Positions 1 to 8,961 are shown, counted from the first letter of the stretch. The stretch: DNA of 13,829 bases from Candidatus Altiarchaeota archaeon (GCA_043804895.1 JAZDIN010000041.1:1-13829); one strand, 5' to 3'. Numbers and translations are program-made. The notes: generated by a model not told the origin, from the letters alone.

Positions 1-1
1 T

Positions 2-517
2 ATACAAATGTCAAAGGAATGGCCTAACCTGCCCGAGTTCGCCTTGACTGTGGCGATGCTTCTCGGTGGCTGCGCGTGCTCCACAGCCGGGGGATTCAAG
101 GCACTAAGGGTCGCTATCACTGCTAAACTCTTCTCCAGGGAGGTGAAGAAGACAATATACCCGAGGAGGGCGATAATCGTTGAAAAATACCATCACCTGA
201 CTGACACAGTGCTCAGGGACGATTACGCACGAGGCGCCCTCCTGGTCATAGTCGGCTACATAATACTCTTCACATTCGGCACTATTGTTGGCATGTTCTA
301 CGACTACAACGCAATCGACTCCATGTTCGAGAGCTCTTCAGCGGTCGCGAATGCAGGGCTTTCCGCTGGAATCACATCCCCCACGATGCCTGCGATGCTT
401 AAAATAACGTACATATTCATCATGTGGGCTGGTAGGCTGGAGATACTGTCTGTGTTCACCCTGTTTGGAATGATGTACATAGGGTTAAGGAAACTACAAC
501 ACAGATACCAGACGTAA
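2..517 (+). CDS. trkH: Trk-type K+ uptake membrane subunit, C-terminal part (5' truncated by window edge)
   Basis: GGCACSTAGGFK and SAVANAGLSAG pore-loop motifs, MWAGRLEI motif, hydrophobic helices; frame is open to the window start. Confidence 0.92.
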   Translation: MQMSKEWPNLPEFALTVAMLLGGCACSTAGGFKALRVAITAKLFSREVKKTIYPRRAIIVEKYHHLTDTVLRDDYARGALLVIVGYIILFTFGTIVGMFYDYNAIDSMFESSSAVANAGLSAGITSPTMPAMLKITYIFIMWAGRLEILSVFTLFGMMYIGLRKLQHRYQT

Positions 518-529
518 GAGCAACCCTCG

Positions 530-892
530 ATGAAAAAGATAGCCAGAATCAGCAAAGAGGACTATTCCATAGCAAACTCCAAGAAGGCAATACCAAGATC
601 ATTTGCGAATATCGATGATGGACTCGAGAACACTGTCATAACCTCAGACACTAAGGTAAGGTCCTGTAAAGGCATCATAACAGCGGAGGGAGGCTATAGG
701 TTAATCACCTTCGACATGGTACTCCCCTTAGACTTCGTTGGCTTCATCGCCAAAATATCCACAGCCCTCGCAGAAGAGAAAATCCCAGTATTCGTCATAT
801 CCGCATACTCAAGAGATCACATTCTAGTAAAAAAGAAACACCTACTCTCAGCAAAGAAAAAACTCAAGCAACTAGGATTCGAAGTAAAGTAA
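530..892 (+). CDS. ACT-domain protein (ACT_7/CASTOR-like)
   Basis: C-terminal LDFVGFIAKISTALAEEKIPVFVISAYSRDHILVK matches the ACT_7 pattern. Confidence 0.8.
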   Translation: MKKIARISKEDYSIANSKKAIPRSFANIDDGLENTVITSDTKVRSCKGIITAEGGYRLITFDMVLPLDFVGFIAKISTALAEEKIPVFVISAYSRDHILVKKKHLLSAKKKLKQLGFEVK

Positions 893-1027
893 GTAATGGT
901 GTGTCATTGGCATGTGCGCTGTATAAGTATCTGGCGTTCGGTCTTGTCTAGTGAGGTTATTGCGAAGTGTGGCCAGAAATGCTTTCGAATATCGACAATC
1001 ATCGATTAACAATCGTTATGTATTAAT

Positions 1028-1339
1028 ATGCCCTTGCGAGATATTAACTTTATGGTTGAGGAAGTAAAGCTTCGGTTAAACAACTGCTGCCTCGGGCACC
1101 ACAGGGCCATGATAGACGGCGTCTACCGTTGCATGCTGACCAACATCGTAGCCTGCGGCAACAAGACGAAGCAAGACGATATCGGACTGAACATCTGTAA
1201 GCTACAAATCGACTGCCACAACTGCAGAAGATACCACGGATGGCTCGCAACAGGCATACCAGCCGAAGAGTGGATGGAACTGGAATGGATTGGCGGCCCC
1301 AAAAAGAAACCCAAAGTCAAACATGCGAAAAAACACTAG
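1028..1339 (+). CDS. Hypothetical Cys/His-rich protein, possibly metal-binding
   Basis: 103-aa ORF filling the gap before the convergent MATE gene; CCLGHH and CHNC motifs, basic tail; start codon uncertain. Confidence 0.55.
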   Translation: MPLRDINFMVEEVKLRLNNCCLGHHRAMIDGVYRCMLTNIVACGNKTKQDDIGLNICKLQIDCHNCRRYHGWLATGIPAEEWMELEWIGGPKKKPKVKHAKKH

Positions 1340-1340
1340 A

Positions 1341-2660
1341 CTACTCCCCCCTATCCCATCCGCCGTATCTGAAGAGTGCCATGCTGATTATCAGGTACAG
1401 TACTAGGTTGAATGTGATACCAGCCCATATTCCAGGTACGCCGTAGATTGTCGACAGCCAGTAGCATATGGGTAATGGCAGGAATGTTCGCAGAACCTTC
1501 AACATTAGGAGCTGTTTTCCTTTCCCGGCCGCGACGAGGACTGAGCCGAAGCATAGGGCGAATCCTAATGCAACCTGGCCTGGGGCGGTTATCCTCAGGA
1601 ATGATATGCTGTATTCTATCACAGGCGCCGATGAAGTGAAGAATTGGACAATATCTGCGGCGAAGACATAGAAGATAAGCCCGATTCCGCCCATTATGGT
1701 TGCGGCCAGGAATCCTCCTCTAACTACTGTTTCCTTCGCACGGTCGTATTTTCCAGCCCCGATGCATTGGCCTGCTATGCTCACGACTGCAGTCGATATT
1801 GCTGCTCCTGGCAGGCTCCCTAGGCTGTACATCCTCATGCCGATTGTTGATGCTGCTAGCGCTCCAGTCCCGAATAAGCCGACGATTGAGGTTTGGATGA
1901 CATAAGCGATGCTCATACTCAAGTTCGACAGGGACATAGGCAGAGCTAACGAGTAGATGTCCCTAATGTGCCTGAAGTCGTATGTGAAGCAGTTGAAGTC
2001 AGGCCTAACCCAGGAGTTTCCGGAAAACAAATAGCTGGCGAGGTAGAGTAGGCTATAGAGCTGGGATATTACTGTCGCAATCGCCGCTCCTCTAATGCCC
2101 AACCCAAAAGTGAAGATGAATAACGGATCAAGAATAACATTCAGTATGTTGGAGTAAACGCCAGCTTTCATGACGACTTTCATCTCCCCCTCGGCCGAGA
2201 CAATCCCTGTCAATACAAGTCCCATGAACTGGAACGCTGAGAAAAACAACAGCACGTTCAGATATGCCAGTGAATCGTCCATCAGGCTAGCTTTGGCACC
2301 CATGAAATCCAAAATTGCCGGCGCAGTAAGAAGCAGTATAACCGATAATATTATGCTGACGACAACCGCTGATAGGATGCCGTGTTCTGAGGCTATTTTA
2401 GCCTTACCGTACTCCTTAGCTCCGATAAGCCGCGACACCACGGAGGTTACACCTGCACTGACGCCGGAACCCAACATCATCACAAAAAACACAACTTGGA
2501 ATCCAAGCCCTACGGCAGCTAGGGCCTGTGAGTTAATCTTCCCCACGAAGAAGGCGTCAACAAGGTTTAACATACTGCCCATCGCCAGGGTAATAACCAT
2601 CGGCAGGGAAGTCCGATAGACTGTCTTCAGTATGTCACCTTCAGTCAAATCAACGCCCAT
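1341..2660 (-). CDS. MATE family efflux transporter
   Basis: 439 aa, about 12 TM segments; DLTEG, NLVDAFFVG, NVILDPLFIF, GIRGAAIAT motifs. Confidence 0.95.
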   Translation of the reverse strand: MGVDLTEGDILKTVYRTSLPMVITLAMGSMLNLVDAFFVGKINSQALAAVGLGFQVVFFVMMLGSGVSAGVTSVVSRLIGAKEYGKAKIASEHGILSAVVVSIILSVILLLTAPAILDFMGAKASLMDDSLAYLNVLLFFSAFQFMGLVLTGIVSAEGEMKVVMKAGVYSNILNVILDPLFIFTFGLGIRGAAIATVISQLYSLLYLASYLFSGNSWVRPDFNCFTYDFRHIRDIYSLALPMSLSNLSMSIAYVIQTSIVGLFGTGALAASTIGMRMYSLGSLPGAAISTAVVSIAGQCIGAGKYDRAKETVVRGGFLAATIMGGIGLIFYVFAADIVQFFTSSAPVIEYSISFLRITAPGQVALGFALCFGSVLVAAGKGKQLLMLKVLRTFLPLPICYWLSTIYGVPGIWAGITFNLVLYLIISMALFRYGGWDRGE

Positions 2661-2663
2661 AGG

Positions 2664-3089
2664 TTAACCTCTTACAGTTTTTTCTACTGTCTTGGCTAGC
2701 TTGTCTATTACGCCCTTAATGTCTGCCTCTCTTCTTTTTAGGAATCCGCTCGCTAGTGGTTCTCCGCGGTATTGTATGTCGTTCCTTATCTCCCTCATCT
2801 GGTTTATGAGTTCTAACTCGTCTTTTCCAAACTCTGGGTGGAATTCCTGCAGGAAGCTTATCAGGCATTCGTGGCTGTAGCTTTTGTAGCCTCTGCTGAA
2901 GAGTAATGCTGTGGTTAGCTCCTTTATGGACTCATAGTAGTCCTCGACTATGAATTCTGGATCCTCAGTTTGCCTCCTCCTAGCGATTGAGTTAAGGCGT
3001 TTGACTGCCAGTTCTGTCATGGCTTTAGCCCTCTCGTTGTCTGGTCTGATGGCTTTAACTTTCTCTTTCATGCAGTCCGTCCACTTCAT
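2664..3089 (-). CDS. HEPN-domain protein (putative toxin partner of MNT)
   Basis: 141 aa helical protein, YYESIKE, SHEC and RNDIQY motifs; start overlaps the MNT stop (ATGA). Confidence 0.8.
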   Translation of the reverse strand: MKWTDCMKEKVKAIRPDNERAKAMTELAVKRLNSIARRRQTEDPEFIVEDYYESIKELTTALLFSRGYKSYSHECLISFLQEFHPEFGKDELELINQMREIRNDIQYRGEPLASGFLKRREADIKGVIDKLAKTVEKTVRG

Positions 3090-3610
3090 TGTTTCACCTT
3101 CAGGAACCCTTTGAGGACTATTCCATTAGCGAGATTGTTTATGAATTCCGGGGTTAGTTTTCTCATGTCTGATTCGAAGAGTAGGTTGACCTTTCTGTTG
3201 AACTCCTTTTCATACCTTCCTATTTCTATTTTGACTTTTTCAGATTGTACAAAAATGTCGATGTCACCTCTTTCATCGTCTCTTCCTTCCACAGCGGAGC
3301 CGTACAATACTATGCAGGTTGGCCTGCATTTTTCTTCAAGTTTTTGTATGAAACCCGTATCCTCTATCTGGGCCAGCAGATCGTTTCTTTTGTAAATTCT
3401 TGTTTTTTCGGAGTCAATTAGCTTATATCCAGGGTATACTCCGTGCTTGACTTTCTCGAGGAAACCCTTCTTCTCTAATGATCTGACGTGGTTTCTGGTT
3501 GAAGGAAGTGACACTCTAGTGTATCTTACCAATTCTCGAAGTTGGAATACTCTTGATGGTGAACGGAAGAATACCCTTAGGATTTTATACCTGTTAAAGT
3601 CTTGATACAT
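3086..3610 (-). CDS. wHTH-fused minimal nucleotidyltransferase (MNT antitoxin-like)
   Basis: N-terminal HTH (LRELVRYTRVSLPSTRNHVRSLEKKG) and GS-x10-DID motif (YGSAVEGRDDERGDID). Confidence 0.88.
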   Translation of the reverse strand: MYQDFNRYKILRVFFRSPSRVFQLRELVRYTRVSLPSTRNHVRSLEKKGFLEKVKHGVYPGYKLIDSEKTRIYKRNDLLAQIEDTGFIQKLEEKCRPTCIVLYGSAVEGRDDERGDIDIFVQSEKVKIEIGRYEKEFNRKVNLLFESDMRKLTPEFINNLANGIVLKGFLKVKQ

Positions 3611-3612
3611 TT

Positions 3613-3640
3613 TTATATCACTTGATATAATATTATATCA
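3613..3640. promoter_or_regulatory. Putative autoregulatory operator of the MNT-HEPN operon
   Basis: Three TTATATCA units in alternating orientation (TTATATCA-ct-TGATATAA-ta-TTATATCA) between the start codon and a TATA-like TTAAATA (3645-3651, minus strand). Confidence 0.6.
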
Positions 3641-3745
3641 TAAGTATTTAAGCTCTTGCCAAAAGACCAATGGAAAACACCCCTCGAATTGTTTTCCGTT
3701 ACTCTCGCCTTGCTTGTTTTTACTGGGCTTCTGAAGTTCCCTTTA

Positions 3746-4900
3746 ATGTTGAAGGGTAAAGGCTACTACCTGAAGAAGCTGACCTCACAGATGCGGCTGA
3801 AATCCGTTGACGTAGGCCGTAAGATGGAGGGTACTACTCCTCCCTCAGTGTTTGTGGGAAGCTGGAACTATCCTAAGGTTTATGCAGGTCCCATGTTCAC
3901 GCCATACCACGGCGACACCTCACTCTTTGACACGCCTGAGAGGTGGATTCCAGAGCAGGTTACGACTGAAGGCATAATCGACTTCCGGCTTAACATGGTC
4001 AGGGGCAAGGAGCCGGTCAAGGTCACAGACGTCGAAAGCCGCTTCGTCGAGAAACTCAGAGAAGTCTCCATGGCATCAGGCTCAGTGGAAGGCGAAGCCC
4101 AATTCACAAAACCCCCAGTGGGCCGCAGCTTCAGCGACGAACATCTCCCATACGGTCCCAGCGCCATGTTGGATGAGTTTGAGGTGGACGGCTGCAGGTG
4201 GGAGCGTAACCTTGAGAAGGCACACTATGACAGTGATTTGAACGCTTCTGACGCTGTGGTTGAATTGCATTCCAAAGGTGTTGAATTCTCCAGGATACAA
4301 AAAGCCTTGTCTGTGGGCGCCTTGGGCGTTCGTCGGAGGAGGCGTCTTGTCCCGACACGCTGGTCCATCACAGCATGCGATTCAACTCTTGGTGGAAGAC
4401 TTCTTGACGAGGTAAGACACTACGGTCTCTTAGACACCTATCATGTCTACGAGTTCTCTAGTCTCAGCAACTACTACGCAGTCATACTCATGCCCACAGC
4501 ATGGCAGTACGAGTGGATGGAAGCATACCTACACGTCCTCGGCCCAGAGGAGTTGATTTTCAGCGATTGGGAGTCTAACATCGGAAAAAGAGGATACTCA
4601 CGAGTCGGCGGATACTACTACAGCTGCAAATTCGCAGTACTCGAAGCACTCGCAAGGATGAGAAAACAAGCCGGTGCGATAATCCTAAGGGAGGCCTACC
4701 CCGGTTACATACCCCTTGGCGTATTCAACGTTCGCGAGAACGTGAGGTCCGCGCTTGCGCAGCATTGTCTGGAGTTTCCGACTCTACGTGATGCGCTAGC
4801 CCACGTCTCAACCAAAATGAAGCTTCCAATCTCCCGATTCATCCGCGAAAGCAACCTACTCAAAGACCTGCTCACGGGAAGACAGACGACGCTAACATGA
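3746..4900 (+). CDS. nreA: Nre family archaeal DNA repair protein
   Basis: [33 protein letters not shown] and [10 protein letters not shown] motifs, C-terminal QTTL PIP-like motif; ATG 3746 preferred over TTG 3656. Confidence 0.88.
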   Translation: MLKGKGYYLKKLTSQMRLKSVDVGRKMEGTTPPSVFVGSWNYPKVYAGPMFTPYHGDTSLFDTPERWIPEQVTTEGIIDFRLNMVRGKEPVKVTDVESRFVEKLREVSMASGSVEGEAQFTKPPVGRSFSDEHLPYGPSAMLDEFEVDGCRWERNLEKAHYDSDLNASDAVVELHSKGVEFSRIQKALSVGALGVRRRRRLVPTRWSITACDSTLGGRLLDEVRHYGLLDTYHVYEFSSLSNYYAVILMPTAWQYEWMEAYLHVLGPEELIFSDWESNIGKRGYSRVGGYYYSCKFAVLEALARMRKQAGAIILREAYPGYIPLGVFNVRENVRSALAQHCLEFPTLRDALAHVSTKMKLPISRFIRESNLLKDLLTGRQTTLT

Positions 4901-4903
4901 GGA

Positions 4904-4933
4904 TTTATAAGTAAGTATATCTTATAATAAGAT
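4904..4933 (+). promoter_or_regulatory. TATA box and palindromic operator upstream of the AbrB-like gene
   Basis: TTTATAA at 4904-4910; ATCTTAT-A-ATAAGAT at 4919-4933; GGTGG SD-like sequence before ATG 4945. Confidence 0.6.
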
Positions 4934-4944
4934 TGGTGGTAGAA

Positions 4945-5202
4945 ATGTATGTTGAACTGACAAAGATATCCTCCCGGGGGCAGGTCGTCATACCCCAACG
5001 CATCAGGGAAAAACTCGGGTTGGCGGAAGGCATGCCCTTAGCGGTAGCCGAACAAGGAAACGTCATACTGTTACAGAAGATGGAGTTCCCCAAATTCAAC
5101 CTGAAATCAATGCTTTCTGAAAGCCACAAATTCGCTAAGGAGAAGGGGATTCAGTCATCAGGCCTAGAAGAGACAATCAACAAAGTTCGAAACAGAAAAT
5201 AA
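4945..5202 (+). CDS. AbrB/MazE/SpoVT family DNA-binding antitoxin
   Basis: TKISSRGQVVIPQRIREKLGLAEG swapped-hairpin motif; upstream of a PIN gene. Confidence 0.9.
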   Translation: MYVELTKISSRGQVVIPQRIREKLGLAEGMPLAVAEQGNVILLQKMEFPKFNLKSMLSESHKFAKEKGIQSSGLEETINKVRNRK

Positions 5203-5311
5203 ACGACCGCAGCCTTTAGGCTGCGCTATTACAAATACGCTCAAAATGCCAAACAGCCAAACAAGCACAGGAGGTGCTAGCGAGTAGCTGAATCCTCGCG
5301 TATTTGTAATG
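5203..5311 (+). repeat. Structured intergenic repeat, copy 1
   Basis: Hairpin CGCAGCC-TTTA-GGCTGCG (5208-5225); perfect 13-bp inverted repeat ATTACAAATACGC (5228-5240) / GCGTATTTGTAAT (5298-5310); 24-nt and 19-nt blocks identical to 12440-12537. Confidence 0.9.
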
Positions 5312-5701
5312 AAGGTCGTCCTGGACACAAACATCTTCATCTCCGCCATATTCTGGGGTGGAATTCCAGAGAAGATACTAGAATACCTCAGCGGGGGTAG
5401 GTTCACATTAGTCTCATCAGATGAGATACTCGATGAGTTAACCGACGTCCTGACGGAATATGACATGCCCGTCGCAGATGTGCTGGTTTGGCGGCGCTAC
5501 CTCCTAGCGAATTCCATGCTCGTGAAGCCAACAGCAAAGATTGAAGTCTGCACTGACAAGAAAGACGACAAATTCATTGAAGCTGCAAATGCCGCCAACG
5601 CAGACTACATAGTCTCCGGGGATAAGCACCTCCTAAGACTCAAAGAACATCAACAGACAAAAATACTCACAGCAAGGGAATTCCTAAAACTCCTAGATTA
5701 A
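5309..5701 (+). CDS. vapC: PIN-domain (VapC-like) toxin
   Basis: MKVVLDTNIFISA, DDKFIEAA and IVSGDKHLL acidic PIN motifs. Confidence 0.92.
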   Translation: MKVVLDTNIFISAIFWGGIPEKILEYLSGGRFTLVSSDEILDELTDVLTEYDMPVADVLVWRRYLLANSMLVKPTAKIEVCTDKKDDKFIEAANAANADYIVSGDKHLLRLKEHQQTKILTAREFLKLLD

Positions 5702-6537
5702 CGCGTCGTCCTGTATACTCCGTAGATTATCAGTGCTGCTCCGATGAGTGTGAGTGGGGGTGGCATTTCCCCGAGCACGAGGAGTGCGGCCGCGGTTCCG
5801 ATGAGCGGCTCCAGTGCGGTTATTATGAATATCTTTTGCGCTTTCACCTTACCTGCGCCCTCCATGAACAGGATGAACGCTATGCCGGTGCATAGGATTC
5901 CCATAGCAAGAAGCTGCCACCAGTTGCCCAACGCCGCTGATGCTGACTCAGCCCTGAAAAAGAAAAGGAACATGACTGCCATCACAGCCTGCTGCCAGAA
6001 TGCAGTGTAGTATCCAGGGGCCTTCTTCATCAGCGGCTTCGCTGTCAAGGCCATCGCAGCGTATAGGAATCCTGAGATGAGCCCCAGGATGTTGCCAACG
6101 GTCTCTTTGGAGTCGAAGGAAAAGCTAGCTGGGTTCAGTATCAGGACTATTCCTGTGAGGGTGAGGACAATCCCGGTTACGGTCTCCCTCTCGATTCTCT
6201 CCTTGAAGAATATCCTCGCTAGAATCGCAGAGAAGATGGGGGCGGTGTAAAGCAGGAATATCGCGTTAGAGATTGACGTCCTCATCACAGCTGAAAAGTA
6301 GGTGAGTATCCCGAAACCCTGGACCACTCCCACAAGGAGCGTCTTGCCTGGATGAACCAAAGACAGCTCCCTAACCCGGTCTCTTAGTACGACGACCGCT
6401 AGGATGAACAGCATCCCAATCAACGCCCTGTAGAAGATGATGGAATAAACGTCCAAACCATGCACAAGCCTCACGAACACGCCCACCGTCCCAACAAACA
6501 GTGAATATAAAATCAACTCCAAGTACCCCTTATCCAT
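5698..6537 (-). CDS. EamA/DMT family transporter
   Basis: About 10 TM segments, LLYTAPIF...FFKERI and LEP...LGE motifs; start set at ATG 6537 (MDKGY), which overlaps the methyltransferase stop (TGATG). Confidence 0.92.
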   Translation of the reverse strand: MDKGYLELILYSLFVGTVGVFVRLVHGLDVYSIIFYRALIGMLFILAVVVLRDRVRELSLVHPGKTLLVGVVQGFGILTYFSAVMRTSISNAIFLLYTAPIFSAILARIFFKERIERETVTGIVLTLTGIVLILNPASFSFDSKETVGNILGLISGFLYAAMALTAKPLMKKAPGYYTAFWQQAVMAVMFLFFFRAESASAALGNWWQLLAMGILCTGIAFILFMEGAGKVKAQKIFIITALEPLIGTAAALLVLGEMPPPLTLIGAALIIYGVYRTTR

Positions 6538-7775
6538 CACACCCTCCTGAGGACGACTGCGCTTTCTCTTGCTGGCCGTTCTTTTTTTATGTCGTGTACG
6601 TCGGCCCAGCGTACGTTGCCTACCCATATGTCTTCTACTTGGAGGCCTATTTTCTCTCCTAGTTCGGCGAGCATGAGGTCGACGTCGACTGTGATTCCTG
6701 GCAGGCTGACGTTTCCGACAACGTATACTGCGCACCCTCCGGGTTTGAGGACTCTTTTCGTCTCCTGCAGAGCCATGTACAAGTCTCTCATGTACCCTTC
6801 GACAATCACTGGAGTCTTCGCATCACCAGTCACTCTGCCAAGCACATCCGTGGGGGTGACATCTCCCTTCCTCTCATATTCAGCGCCTATATGGCTTCTC
6901 ATGGTTCTTCTCCTAAAATTCTCCAACTCCTTTGTTGATGAAAGAAGCAGGCTCAACTCCAGCGCGTAGACTTTTGTATAGTCTACGAAGTTTAGGTAAG
7001 GCGGCGACGTTATCATAGCATCGACTGAGGCGTCATCGAGCTGGAGATTCCGCGCGTCACCGACATCCACACTCCAATCCACTCCACTCTCCATCTTCCT
7101 TCCCTCGACATCCTTCACCATCCTCTTCAGCTTGTTCTTGAGAAGATGCCTCACTGGTGGCATATGGTTTTTCCTCACCAACCTCAGGACTCCACCATCT
7201 TTCATCACGTTCGATGCCTGACCGACGATGCTTATGAGTCCTAGCATGAGGAAGTTCCTAACCTTCTCGTCTTCGACTGCCATGATGTTCTCCCTGAAGA
7301 ACGCTATGTCGTTTCTCGCGTACGGTGTGAACACCTTACGCATGTCAAGGAACCGTATGTCAACGAGTTTAGACTCAGGCTGCCTGTACCTCATAGTACA
7401 CAGCCTACTGACTGCCTCTCTAAGTTCACTGACGTCGTAGTCTTCAAGCTTTACCTTCGAGACGAAGACTCCGAGTGGAAGGATGTCGAATCCTACGGAA
7501 CCGTAGCCAGCCTCCTTGGCTGCCAGGAGCGTCGTCCCGGTTCCGCAGAACGGGTCAAGTATCTGCGACCCGGTTGGGACATCAAGTTCCTTCAAAGCAC
7601 CTAAAACGAAGTCTCTGGAGTATCCCTCCTTGTAGTAGAACCAGTTGTAGACTGGCGTGACCTTGTTCTGGGCGAAGGTGTAGAGGTCAGCGTACTCGAA
7701 GCGTGGCGTGAGCTTCTTCTCAAACTGGTTGACGCCGGTCAGGGACTCTTGGAACAACCTGTTGAAATCAGCCAT
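6537..7775 (-). CDS. Site-specific DNA methyltransferase, probably N4-cytosine
   Basis: WFYYKEGYS, SAM-binding DPFCGTGTT, and later catalytic TSPPY (motif I before motif IV). Confidence 0.85.
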   Translation of the reverse strand: MADFNRLFQESLTGVNQFEKKLTPRFEYADLYTFAQNKVTPVYNWFYYKEGYSRDFVLGALKELDVPTGSQILDPFCGTGTTLLAAKEAGYGSVGFDILPLGVFVSKVKLEDYDVSELREAVSRLCTMRYRQPESKLVDIRFLDMRKVFTPYARNDIAFFRENIMAVEDEKVRNFLMLGLISIVGQASNVMKDGGVLRLVRKNHMPPVRHLLKNKLKRMVKDVEGRKMESGVDWSVDVGDARNLQLDDASVDAMITSPPYLNFVDYTKVYALELSLLLSSTKELENFRRRTMRSHIGAEYERKGDVTPTDVLGRVTGDAKTPVIVEGYMRDLYMALQETKRVLKPGGCAVYVVGNVSLPGITVDVDLMLAELGEKIGLQVEDIWVGNVRWADVHDIKKERPARESAVVLRRV

Positions 7776-7809
7776 AAGCCTTAACTATTGTCTTTCTGAA
7801 GAAATACTC

Positions 7810-8790
7810 TCACTCGCCCAGGACTCCATACTTATGCGTGAGGTTTTCCTTGGTCTTCTGCAGTATGTCCCTCCCCACTGGGCTGTTCAGATGGGTTGCG
7901 TACTCGTATGTGTGCATGAAGGTTCTTAGCGCGTTAGCCGCTGTCCTGTGGCTCCTTATCCTTATGCCCCCCTGTATGTCGTTATGCTCATCCCGCATGA
8001 ATATTATGAACTCCACCGGCTCCTTCTGCTGGACGATAGCCACACCAAGCCCGTGGGGGCTGTCAATGTAGCGTATGTCCAGGTTCTTGTGCGTTTCCAT
8101 CTGGGTCCTCAGTTTATCTATCGTAGTCAGGCTCTCCTGGTATGCTATCTTCGGGTCGCCGTATGTCCTGAACGCGTGGTTGAACAGCGTGTCCATGTTA
8201 AGTTCTGTCAGGATGTTCATCTGCGTTTTTTTGTTTTTGAGCGTCTGCCACAGCTTCTCAGCGTACGGCTCCCTCCCAAGGGTGTGAGTCATCTCCCTGC
8301 TGTATGCTATGGTCGGGAAGTCGGTCACAACATAAAATGCATCCGACTTCTCAAGAGAGTCCGCTAAAGCAAGGTAAAGTTGCTCGCCCTCCAGGTAATG
8401 TATGTCAGGCTGCTCCTTACGATACGTCAGCTCCTTGAAGAACTGCTCAATCTCATTCTGCGTCCTCTCACAGTCCTCCACATCCTTCCTCAAACCCTGC
8501 TTCGATTCCTCGATCGCACCCCTGATTCCCTCCTGGTCCAGCGCATACTCGGCCAGTGCTGCCCTCACTATGACCTTCTTGTTCTGCAATGTCTTCAGTA
8601 TGTTGAAGAGGTTCGGCTTTATGATTATCTTATTGTGCTCAGTCCTGTACTCCCTCTGGATGTTCTTAGGGGTCGGCTTCACTCCACGATTCCTAAGCCT
8701 GTAGATGACCTTAACAATATCATACTGCTGCTGGGTTAGGCTGGTCCATCTCCTAAAGTTGATCTCATCCACGCTCAACATTCTGCACAC
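7810..8790 (-). CDS. Putative TrmB-like transcriptional regulator (N-terminal wHTH, coiled coil, C-terminal alpha/beta domain)
   Basis: LTQQQYDIVKVIY...PNLFNILKTLQNKKVI resembles a wHTH, followed by a charged helix and IHYLEGEQLY; start is GTG 8790 or ATG 8781; function inferred. Confidence 0.55.
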   Translation of the reverse strand: MCRMLSVDEINFRRWTSLTQQQYDIVKVIYRLRNRGVKPTPKNIQREYRTEHNKIIIKPNLFNILKTLQNKKVIVRAALAEYALDQEGIRGAIEESKQGLRKDVEDCERTQNEIEQFFKELTYRKEQPDIHYLEGEQLYLALADSLEKSDAFYVVTDFPTIAYSREMTHTLGREPYAEKLWQTLKNKKTQMNILTELNMDTLFNHAFRTYGDPKIAYQESLTTIDKLRTQMETHKNLDIRYIDSPHGLGVAIVQQKEPVEFIIFMRDEHNDIQGGIRIRSHRTAANALRTFMHTYEYATHLNSPVGRDILQKTKENLTHKYGVLGE

Positions 8791-8805
8791 AAATATATGA
8801 ATTGA

Positions 8806-8826
8806 TACTATAATCTATAGTACTAT
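8806..8826. promoter_or_regulatory. Overlapping palindromes upstream of the TrmB-like gene
   Basis: TACTATA-ATC-TATAGTA (8806-8822) and ATAGTACTAT (8817-8826). Confidence 0.45.
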
Positions 8827-8875
8827 CCTTTAATATAATACCTAATTCTGGGTTTGCACATTAACTCTAAGATTC

Positions 8876-8961
8876 ACTTAACATATCGGCTTATGCGAAG
8901 TCCACGAAGTGGATTTGGGAAACAGAAGTGCAACGAGGTTTCTGCATAAGCCGTGTTAAGT
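8876..8961 (-). other. attC-like recombination site
   Basis: Minus strand reads ACTTAAC (RYYYAAC) acggc TTATGC-A-GAA ... TTC-GCATAA gccgatat GTTAAGT (GTTRRRY); 86 bp, one extrahelical base, internal TCCAC-GAA-GTGGA hairpin; lies downstream of the deaminase stop. Confidence 0.7.

Noticed and set aside
3656-3745. Hydrophobic N-terminal extension of Nre from TTG 3656
   Set aside because: Nre proteins are soluble, and this stretch is more likely the divergent promoter region
6538-6735. Arg-rich N-terminal extension of the EamA ORF
   Set aside because: It is an alternative frame of the methyltransferase 3' end; the transporter starts at ATG 6537
8876-8901. Canonical Xer dif site
   Set aside because: The arms resemble dif but the spacer is 4 nt instead of 6; kept only as a resemblance
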